Of a stretch of DNA of 64,000 nt, positions 56,422-64,000 are shown piece by piece (the first letter of the stretch is position 1; each line of letters opens with the position of its first letter). The stretch is from an uncultured Pseudomonadota bacterium. GTDB taxonomy: Bacteria > Myxococcota_A > UBA796 > SXON01. Both the position numbers and the translations under genes were made by a program. The stretch is from positions 2,491 to 66,490 of the forward strand of contig CAIMSU010000103.1 of NCBI GenBank assembly GCA_903844155.1. The letters run 5' to 3'. The notes beneath the pieces were generated by a model. It was not told the origin of the DNA and did not search any database. It worked only from the letters and a program-made list of their open reading frames with translations.

Positions 56422-57636
56422 TCAGCCTTGACCGGCGGGAAGCGCCCGCGCGTAGAGGCCCATCAGTCGGTCCACGCTTCGCGACCACGTGTACGTCTCC
56501 TCAACCATCGCGCGGCCTCGCTGGCGCATGCGCGTGGTGTCCGTCGTCATCGCTCGCCGAAGCGCGGTGCGGAGCGCGAATACGTCCTCGGACGGGACCA
56601 GGAGCCCGTTCTCGCCGTCCTGCAGGTAGACCTCGCGCGCGGCCTCGACGGCGTCGCTCACGATCGCCAGGGCGCCCGCGTACATGGCCTCGAAGATCAC
56701 GCCGCCCACGGTCTCTCCGCGGGACGGGAGCACCACGATGTCCGTCTCGAGGAGGAGGGCACAGAGCTCGTGACGCGGGAGCGCGGTGATGACGGCGCGG
56801 CCGTGCAGGGGGGCGGCGAGGGCTCGCACCTCCTCGGCGAACTCGGGGTCGTTGACGGGGCCGGCGATCACGACCGTCCAATCGTCGGCGACCTGGTCCG
56901 GTCCCTGCAGCAGCGGCGTGATCGCGTTGAGCAGGAGATCCGCGCCTTTCTGGCGGGAGAGGCGCGACGGCGCCAGGACGATGTGGCTGGCGCCGAGCCC
57001 CAACCGCGCGCGCACAGCGCTGCCTTCGGATGGGGCGACGTCGAATTCACGGGGATCGACCGCCATGCCGATGTGACATCCCACGTTGGAGAGGCCGAGC
57101 CGAGCTTCCAGGGCGCGCGCAGCGGCGGGCGAATCGGCGATCAGCAGGTTGACGGCTGCGAGCTGGCGTCGCGTAATCGTCTGCCAGTACCGACTGCGGA
57201 CCCGCTTGTTCCAGCCGCCGACGCCCGCGAGGATCTCGTCGAGGAATTCGGCCGTGATGTAGTTCTGGGCAACGAGCGGGATCCGCCTCGCCCGCGCATA
57301 CGGCACGAGAAGATCCAGATGAATACTCGGAAAACCCACGCAGACCAGCAGGTCCGCGGGCGCAGCGACGTCCGCGATGAACGCCGGCGTGACGGCGTCC
57401 TTCTCGTAGGGGTTGTGGAAGGGGAGGGCAAAGCTCCAACGTCGGTGGACGTGGACGCCGCCCTCGACCGTCGAGCCGACCGCGCCGCGCGACGAGAGGT
57501 TCAGGTTGGTGAAGGGAGTCGTGTGCACATGGACTTCCCACCCGCGCCGCGCCAACTCCTCCGCCTGGTGCTGCAGGATGACCTCGCCGCCGCCGATGCA
57601 GGGGGCGTAGAAGTAGCTGAAGAAGCGGACCGTCAC
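56422..57636 (-). CDS. GT4 glycosyltransferase
   Basis: P.IGGGE, RLSRQKG, LPSRGETVG..IFEAM, ENGLLV. Confidence 0.93.
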   Translation of the reverse strand: MTVRFFSYFYAPCIGGGEVILQHQAEELARRGWEVHVHTTPFTNLNLSSRGAVGSTVEGGVHVHRRWSFALPFHNPYEKDAVTPAFIADVAAPADLLVCVGFPSIHLDLLVPYARARRIPLVAQNYITAEFLDEILAGVGGWNKRVRSRYWQTITRRQLAAVNLLIADSPAAARALEARLGLSNVGCHIGMAVDPREFDVAPSEGSAVRARLGLGASHIVLAPSRLSRQKGADLLLNAITPLLQGPDQVADDWTVVIAGPVNDPEFAEEVRALAAPLHGRAVITALPRHELCALLLETDIVVLPSRGETVGGVIFEAMYAGALAIVSDAVEAAREVYLQDGENGLLVPSEDVFALRTALRRAMTTDTTRMRQRGRAMVEETYTWSRSVDRLMGLYARALPAGQG

Positions 57637-57648
57637 GGGGTTCGGGTA

Positions 57649-58347
57649 TCAAGGATGCCTCGTCGTCGCATCGCGGCTGGCGACGGGGGTGGCGATGCGA
57701 CCTTCGTCCCGAAACCGAAGCCGCGGGACACGCGCGGCGGGACGTGACGCAGCCTCCTCGGTGGCCTCCGTCCGCCACGCCCCGTCTGCGCCGGCCCAGG
57801 CAATCAGCTCGGTAGGGCCGTCCTCTTCCGGCATCCACCGTTCGATCGGCGTGACGACCGAGTCGGGAGCGATCGCCGGGCGGGGGGACAACCCAACAGG
57901 GAGGCGCGCAACTGCTGGAGCTCGGGTAGCGCGGCCCGGCGTGGGGGTCGGCGTGAACCGCATCGTCCTTCGCTTCCAGCGCATGTGCTCCGCGAGCTCG
58001 CCCGCGAGCCAGGGACCGCGCCAGTCGGCAGGCAGGGCGAGGGCGTTGATCCACGCCTTTTCGAGGAAGCAGACTGCGATCGTCCACGTGAATCCGCCGA
58101 GCGCTCCGAACGCCGCCGCGATCGGCCCGCACGCAGCGAACCGCGGCTCGTGCGCCAGCACCGCGGCGGCGAACGCGATGGTGCCGACGCCGCACGCGGC
58201 GAGCCACATCGCGACCCCCGCGACCACCACCTTCCCGAGCATCCGGACCACCCTCGGCCGCAGCCTTCCGGCGACGATGACCGCGTCGGAGTCGGCCCCC
58301 GGCAGGCTTGGCGCGAGCAGGAACCAGAGCAACAACACCGGCATCAT
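57649..58347 (-). CDS. Hypothetical membrane protein
   Basis: Three hydrophobic segments. Confidence 0.5.
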   Translation of the reverse strand: MMPVLLLWFLLAPSLPGADSDAVIVAGRLRPRVVRMLGKVVVAGVAMWLAACGVGTIAFAAAVLAHEPRFAACGPIAAAFGALGGFTWTIAVCFLEKAWINALALPADWRGPWLAGELAEHMRWKRRTMRFTPTPTPGRATRAPAVARLPVGLSPRPAIAPDSVVTPIERWMPEEDGPTELIAWAGADGAWRTEATEEAASRPAARVPRLRFRDEGRIATPVASRDATTRHP

Positions 58348-58400
58348 GACGACCACCGCGCGGCGCCGAGCAGATAGGAGGCCCCGACCCCGGAGCCCCC

Positions 58401-59816
58401 ATGACCAAAGCCATCGTCGCCACCGTGTTGTCGGCCCAGACCCAACGACGCGCGCCCCTCGGGCGGTTCGTGGACCTTCTCGCCGGGGCCACGCCGGCCC
58501 AGCTTCTGGCCGTCGTGGACGCCGACCGCGTGGACGCGCTCGCCCGAATCAGCGGCGGCCTCACCCGAGCGCAGGCGCTCCGCGAGCAGCACGCGGCGAG
58601 CCTCGGCATCAACACGGATGACCTCGCGCTGCGTCGGCTCTACCCCGGCCTCGACGCGGGCATCTACGCCTGCTCGCACTCCATGGGGGTGCCCTCCATC
58701 GTTGGACCCGCAGCCGTCCTCCACCAGCTCGCGGAGCTGACCGAGCGCGGCATCGGCGTGTGGGACGACGGCGCCTGGGTCGCGCTGATGGACAGCTACC
58801 GGGAGCGGGTCGCGGCGCTTGTCGGCGGGAACCTCGTCGACGGCGACGTTGCCTGGTTTCCGAACGTCTCCGAAGCGCTCGCGGCGGTGCTCGAAGGCGT
58901 TGACGGCGGCCGACTTGTGTACACGGCCGGGCACTTCACGACGGGTCACTACGTACACCACCAATGGGCACAGAACACCGGCGGCGCGTTGACGGAGGTG
59001 CCGGTCAACCCGGATGGAAGCGTCGAAACAGCGCGGGTCCTGGACGCCCTCACCCCGGACGTCCGCGTGGTCTCGCTCTCCCATGCGCTCTTCGAGTCCG
59101 GCTGGCTCCAGGATCTGCCCGCCCTCGCCGCCGGCGTGCGCGAGCGCTGCCCTGACGCCATGCTGCTCGTCGACGCGTACCAGACCGCTGGCACTGTGCC
59201 CATCAACGCCGCTGCCCTCGGCGACCACGTCCTGGTGACGGCGGGCGGCCACAAGCAGCTCCGCAGCGCGACCGGGGCCGGTTTTCTCTACGTCCCGAAT
59301 CGCTGGCTTGGCGGTCCCGGGGCGCTCACCCCCAAGCGCACGGGCTGGTGGGGGCATGCGGCGCCCTTCGCGTTCGAGAAAGGCCCCGTCCGTCGGGCCG
59401 AAGACGCCTCGCGCCTGCGCAGCGGCACCCCGACGGTCACCGGCATGGCCATGCTGCTTGGGGAGCTCGCAGCGGCATCGAGCGTCACCGGTGGCGACCT
59501 TGGCCTGGCCGTCCGCCGTGCCAGGGAGGTCACTCGGGGGCTTGTGGACGTCGCGATGCGCGCCTGTGCCGTTTCGGGGCTGCGGGTGCGCGGGGACTGG
59601 ACGAGCGAGCGGCGGGCGGCCTTCGTATGCGTCGAGGTGCGCGACGGGGCGCACGTGGCTGAGGCGCTGGCCGGGGAGGGGATCCACGTGGATTTTCGGC
59701 CCGTTTCCGGCGGGGCGACGGACGGTTGGCTGCGCGTGAGCGGGAACCCGGCCGGCTTCGCCTACGAGATCGAGGCGGTGGTTGCGGCCATCGCCCGGCT
59801 GACCCGCGCGGCGTGA
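58401..59816 (+). CDS. Kynureninase-like class V PLP enzyme
   Basis: YACSHSMG, VDAYQTAG, GGHKQL, GWWGH, SGTP. Confidence 0.85.
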   Translation: MTKAIVATVLSAQTQRRAPLGRFVDLLAGATPAQLLAVVDADRVDALARISGGLTRAQALREQHAASLGINTDDLALRRLYPGLDAGIYACSHSMGVPSIVGPAAVLHQLAELTERGIGVWDDGAWVALMDSYRERVAALVGGNLVDGDVAWFPNVSEALAAVLEGVDGGRLVYTAGHFTTGHYVHHQWAQNTGGALTEVPVNPDGSVETARVLDALTPDVRVVSLSHALFESGWLQDLPALAAGVRERCPDAMLLVDAYQTAGTVPINAAALGDHVLVTAGGHKQLRSATGAGFLYVPNRWLGGPGALTPKRTGWWGHAAPFAFEKGPVRRAEDASRLRSGTPTVTGMAMLLGELAAASSVTGGDLGLAVRRAREVTRGLVDVAMRACAVSGLRVRGDWTSERRAAFVCVEVRDGAHVAEALAGEGIHVDFRPVSGGATDGWLRVSGNPAGFAYEIEAVVAAIARLTRAA

Positions 59817-60088
59817 GGGCGAAGGGGAATGAGCAGCGAGGAGGGGAGTGAACGGGGGCATGGGCACCTCGCGCACCCACCAAGCACGCGCCGTGCCTGA
59901 GTCCCGACCCACGTCCAACGCCGAGTCTTCGAGCGTGACTGACGGACTGACGGGGGGTGACGGTTGTCAGTGTCAGACTTCCGTCACCCCTCCGCCACTT
60001 CGGCGGGCGTCAAGGGGGGCAACGAAATTTTCCGACAACGCCCGCGGGTCGTCGCCGCCCGGCTCTGGCCGTCGCAGTAGAAGGGCGG

Positions 60089-61639
60089 ATGCTCCTGCTC
60101 CTCGCGCTGCTCTCCCTGCCCGCGGCCCGCGCCGCCTGCGTCGTCTCCCAGACCAGCGGCTCCGACGGCATCGAATTCGACGTCGATGTCGACGGGACCT
60201 GTCCCAACATCGCGATCATCGCGGACCGGAACGCGACGGTGCAGGCCTGGACCCGGAGCGGTGGCTTCACGGAGAAGCTGCCGAAGGACCAGATCGTGGC
60301 GCACCCGTGGGGCCTGCCCGCGCTCGGCTGGCGGATCACGGCCCCGCTCCTCGCAAAGGGCGACCGACTCATCACCAAGCTCACCTGGACGAGCCCGTCC
60401 AAGGACGCCCCGCACGTCGACCTGCGCCTGGACGGGAGCGCACCCACGCTCGCCCGCGGGGGAACCGCCCAAAGCACCTGGATATTTGTCGCGTCGCGCC
60501 ACCCCGAGTGGGGGTTCACCGACCCGAAATTCGGCCGGTTCGAGCGCAAGACCGATTGGGTTTTCGGGGAGGACGGCGAGGCGGGCTGGCTTGACGGGCT
60601 GCGTGCGGACGGGGCCGGAGGCTGGTGGCCGGGAGGCGCGGGGACGGTGACGACGACCTCGATCGCAACACCCGCGCCAGCGCTCGGCGAGGTGGCATTG
60701 CCGCCTGGCAGCCTGGCGATGAAGCTTGGGGCCGCGAAAGCGACGATGGCGGCGACACTGCTTGGTGCCGGACAAGCCGTGGCTGACGATGTCATCGCGC
60801 GGGTTCCTTCGGGAGGCTTCGGGGGCATCTGGATCGCCGAGGCACCCGCCGGCGGCCTCTACCGCTGGCGCGTCGAGAGCGCGGGCGGCGTTGGCGTGGT
60901 GGCGGACGACGTCGCCTTCGTCGCCGGGTTGGACGCCCATTTTCGGGTCGCGAGCCTGAACGAGCCGGCGGTGCCGATGGCGCTGCGGGGCGAGCGCGAC
61001 CTGGACAAGGTCCTGCACGCGCTCTGGGACGACGTCCGCGAGCCGCCGAGGGGCTTGCTCGGCGACGCGTCGCACCCGCGCCTGCTCAATCGGGCATGGC
61101 ACTCCGGCTGGCTGACGGACGGCGAAAGAGCCCTCGTCCTCCTTCGCTTTCTCGGCCAGGAGCGCATCGCGGCGCGGTGGGTGCTCGCCGGCACCGCCCC
61201 CGACCCCTTCACCTACTCCGGCTACGACCACCTCCTCGTCGCCGCCCAGCTCCCCGATTCCAACCAGGTGATCTGGCTCGACCCGTCGTGCGCCTCCTGC
61301 GCGCTCGGCGAGATCGACCCCGCCCTCTCCGGCCAGGTCGCCGTCGGTGGCGCCGACCACGCCCCGCTCCTCCCCGGCTCTCTCACCCTCTCAGCCGAAA
61401 TGCGCATGTCCGACGCCGGCGATCCGATCGTGTACACCACGGTGACCGCCTCGGGGAATGCCGTTCGCTGGCTGCGAGCACGTGTCCCAGACGGCAACGC
61501 CGAGGCGGTCGCCCGGGTCTTCGGGGCCGTCGCGCCGACCCAGATCGCAGTGACGGGCTGGGTCGGCGACACCGTCACCGTCGCCTTCGCCTCCGCCTCC
61601 TCGCCGCGACCGGTCGCCCTCCCACGTTTCGGCGGCTGA
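60089..61639 (+). CDS. Secreted protein with a transglutaminase-like domain, apparently lacking the catalytic Cys
   Basis: Signal peptide; GWLTDGERAL, YDHLLV, WLDP. Confidence 0.65.
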   Translation: MLLLLALLSLPAARAACVVSQTSGSDGIEFDVDVDGTCPNIAIIADRNATVQAWTRSGGFTEKLPKDQIVAHPWGLPALGWRITAPLLAKGDRLITKLTWTSPSKDAPHVDLRLDGSAPTLARGGTAQSTWIFVASRHPEWGFTDPKFGRFERKTDWVFGEDGEAGWLDGLRADGAGGWWPGGAGTVTTTSIATPAPALGEVALPPGSLAMKLGAAKATMAATLLGAGQAVADDVIARVPSGGFGGIWIAEAPAGGLYRWRVESAGGVGVVADDVAFVAGLDAHFRVASLNEPAVPMALRGERDLDKVLHALWDDVREPPRGLLGDASHPRLLNRAWHSGWLTDGERALVLLRFLGQERIAARWVLAGTAPDPFTYSGYDHLLVAAQLPDSNQVIWLDPSCASCALGEIDPALSGQVAVGGADHAPLLPGSLTLSAEMRMSDAGDPIVYTTVTASGNAVRWLRARVPDGNAEAVARVFGAVAPTQIAVTGWVGDTVTVAFASASSPRPVALPRFGG

Positions 61640-61679
61640 CGGGCGGGTTTTGGGATAAACGCGGGCACCCGGAGGTTTC

Positions 61680-63728
61680 GTGGCGCTTTTGCAGGATCAG
61701 GTCGTCCTTGTGACAGGTGCGGGCAACGGGATCGGTCGGGCGTACGCCCACGCGTTCGCAGCCGCCGGCGCGCGCGTTGTCGTCAACGACCTGGGCGGTG
61801 GTCGGGACGGAGCGGGCGCCTCCGATGCCCCCGCGCGCACCGTGGTGAACGAGATCATCGCGGCGGGCGGTGATGCCATCGCGGACTTCGGCAGCGTCAC
61901 AGACCCGGCGGCCTGCGCCGGGATGGTGAAGGCCGCGATCGACCGCTGGGGACGCCTTGATGCCGTCGTGAACAACGCGGGCGTTTTGCGCGACAAGACC
62001 TTCGTGAAGGGGACGGACGAGGAGTGGGATCTCGTCGTTGCCGTGCACCTTTCGGGCACTCGCAATGTCGTCCGTGCGGCGCTCCCCGCGCTCTCGGTGA
62101 GCGGCGGCTCGATCATCAACACCACGTCCTACACCGGGATGATCGGGAACTTCGGGCAGTCCAACTACGGCGCGGCGAAGGCGGGGATCTACGGGTTCAC
62201 CCGCGTTTTGTCGTTGGAGCTGGGACGGGCGAAGATCACGGCGAACTGCATCGCACCCATCGCAAAGACCCGGATGACGGCCGAGATCGGCATGGTCGAG
62301 GAGGAGTGGACGCCCGAGCAGATCGCCCCCGTCGCTGTGTTCCTCGCCAGCCCGCTCGCCCGGACGGTGACCGGTCGAGTGTTCGGCGTTCAAGGCCAAC
62401 GAATCCACGTCTACGAGGTCAAGACGAACGACGGCGTGGAGAAGGCCGGCAAGGACCTGTGGACGGCCGAGGAGATCGCGGAAAAGCTCGGTGCAATCAC
62501 CGGGTTCCCCACAGCCGCGCCCGTCGCCCCCGCTGCGCCCGCCGCCGAGTCCCCCGTCTCGGCCGTCTTCGCCCTTGCCCCGATGGCCTTTCGCCCCGAT
62601 CGCGCAGGCGATCTCGCGATGCGCCTGCATTTTGCCATCACCGACGGCGTTGGCCAGACGCTGATCGTCAAGGACGGCGTCTGCACGGTCGAGCACGCGC
62701 TCACGGGCACGCCGGACTGCACGATGAAGACCGACTCAGAGACCATCATCGGGATCTTCAAGCAGACGACGGACCCCACCAAGGCGTTCATGAAGGGCAA
62801 GATCACGGCGGACAACCTCTCTGTCGTCATGAAGTTCGCGACGGTTTTTGACTTCTCCGCCCGCCCGCCAGTTGCAGCAACTCCCGTCGCCGCCGCGCCT
62901 GCCGCCCCGGTCGCGCGCACCTGGCCGATCGGCAAGAAGTACGATGGCGGCTTTGCTTTCGCCGAGCCCACCCACGCCGCTGCCTACGCCGCCGCGACCG
63001 GCGACGACTCGCCCGCCTACCTCCCGACCGCGCCGGGCGGCCCGATCTGTCCGCCGATGTTCCACGTTCGCCTGATGCACGGCCTGATCTTCCAGATCGC
63101 CACCGATCCGGAGCTCGGTCTCGACATCCTCCGCCTCGTCCACGGCGAGCACGACGCCACCTTCCATCGCCCCATCCGCCCCTGGGACCTCGTCCACACC
63201 CGCGGCGAGCTGCTCGGCGTCGAGGAGAAGTCCTCCGGGCTCGTCGTGACCTCGGCGTTGTCCGCGTTCGTGGATGGCCAGCTCGCGGTGTCGTGTCGGA
63301 CCGTGTACTTCATCCGCGGCGGGGGTGCGAAGGGGGCGAAAACCGAGGTCCCCACGACTGAAACGCCCGCGCCTGACCTGACCGTTTCTCTGACCGTCGG
63401 CCGTCGCCAGTCCCTCGACTACGCCGCGGCCTCGCTGGACGACAACCCGATCCACACCGATCCCGCGACCGCAACCGCGGCCGGCCTGCCCGGCGTGATC
63501 CTTCAGGGCCTGTGCACAATGGCCATGAGCGCTGCTGCGCTCACCCGCGCGCTCGCGGACAACGACGCGCGGCAGCTCCGACGCGTGGCCGTGCGGTTCG
63601 CGCGGCCTGTGCTGAACGGCGAACTGCTGACGATCCAAGCCTGGAATCGTCCGAACGGCTGCGCGTTCACGACGGTCAACGACGCTGGCAAGCCCGTGCT
63701 GACGCAGGCGCTGATCGAGCTCGCCTAG
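61680..63728 (+). CDS. MFE-2-like fusion: SDR dehydrogenase-SCP2-MaoC hydratase
   Basis: TGAGNGIG, NNAG, NFGQSNYGAAK; DPTKAFMKGKI; LVHGEH; DDNPIH. Confidence 0.92.
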   Translation: MALLQDQVVLVTGAGNGIGRAYAHAFAAAGARVVVNDLGGGRDGAGASDAPARTVVNEIIAAGGDAIADFGSVTDPAACAGMVKAAIDRWGRLDAVVNNAGVLRDKTFVKGTDEEWDLVVAVHLSGTRNVVRAALPALSVSGGSIINTTSYTGMIGNFGQSNYGAAKAGIYGFTRVLSLELGRAKITANCIAPIAKTRMTAEIGMVEEEWTPEQIAPVAVFLASPLARTVTGRVFGVQGQRIHVYEVKTNDGVEKAGKDLWTAEEIAEKLGAITGFPTAAPVAPAAPAAESPVSAVFALAPMAFRPDRAGDLAMRLHFAITDGVGQTLIVKDGVCTVEHALTGTPDCTMKTDSETIIGIFKQTTDPTKAFMKGKITADNLSVVMKFATVFDFSARPPVAATPVAAAPAAPVARTWPIGKKYDGGFAFAEPTHAAAYAAATGDDSPAYLPTAPGGPICPPMFHVRLMHGLIFQIATDPELGLDILRLVHGEHDATFHRPIRPWDLVHTRGELLGVEEKSSGLVVTSALSAFVDGQLAVSCRTVYFIRGGGAKGAKTEVPTTETPAPDLTVSLTVGRRQSLDYAAASLDDNPIHTDPATATAAGLPGVILQGLCTMAMSAAALTRALADNDARQLRRVAVRFARPVLNGELLTIQAWNRPNGCAFTTVNDAGKPVLTQALIELA

Positions 63729-64000
63729 TGCCCGCCGTCGAGGCCGTCCGTGCACGGTTCCTGGCGGCCACCGGGTCGGCGTTTCCGCGAACGGGGGCGG
63801 TCGTCGCCCACCCGCGGCTCTACCAGGAGTTGTTGGACCTGGAGGCGGCGTCGGAGCGTGGACCTGCGCGCACGGGGCGGTTCAGGCGCGGGCAACTATT
63901 GGCGTGGGACCGGGCGAGTTCGGCGTGGGAGGCGTGGGACACAGAGTCCGGCCACCGTGTTCACCTCGTCGTCGGTGACTGGTCGCCCAAGGTGCGACCC
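63728..64000 (+). CDS. 5' part of a hypothetical protein (runs off the window)
   Basis: GTG overlaps the upstream stop; frame open to the end; WEAWDTESGHRV recalls a kinase N-lobe. Confidence 0.5.
   Translation, partial: MPAVEAVRARFLAATGSAFPRTGAVVAHPRLYQELLDLEAASERGPARTGRFRRGQLLAWDRASSAWEAWDTESGHRVHLVVGDWSPKVRP

Overview
GC-rich bacterial chromosomal window. The lipoprotein style (Asp-Thr/Ser-Gly linkers, MopE-type repeats, a MYXO-CTERM-like tail) suggests Myxococcota, but this is inference. Housekeeping content: end of the ATP synthase operon (atpH end, atpA, atpG, atpD, short atpC), mutS2, trmK, a stand-alone rpsD, dprA-smg, a Tat-exported Fe/Mn SOD, a pyrimidine/beta-alanine catabolic set (dihydropyrimidinase, mmsA, class III aminotransferase), glycosyltransferases and an MFE-2-like beta-oxidation fusion. 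I found no rRNA, tRNA, CRISPR array, integrase or transposase. Best candidates for undescribed biology: (1) an operon at 18969-24168 with its own sigma70-like promoter, encoding a B12 radical SAM enzyme, a rubrerythrin that has lost most di-iron ligands, a GyrB-type ATPase module fused to a SAM methyltransferase in place of TOPRIM, a Cys-rich exported peptide and a ferritin-like di-iron protein; (2) a three-gene unit at 13803-17010 with a non-canonical ACAD, a signal-less PhnD-like protein and a TusA-like/di-iron fusion; (3) a ~37-39 bp palindromic element in three copies, in frame inside trmK and probably a second gene, and at the break of a HIT-like gene remnant; (4) an island-like trio at 4630-8925 (small beta protein, signal-less GH-A-like protein, RCC1 lipoprotein); (5) a VKOR-DsbA-FGE-TlpA four-domain fusion. 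All calls come from motifs read by eye; no searches were run.
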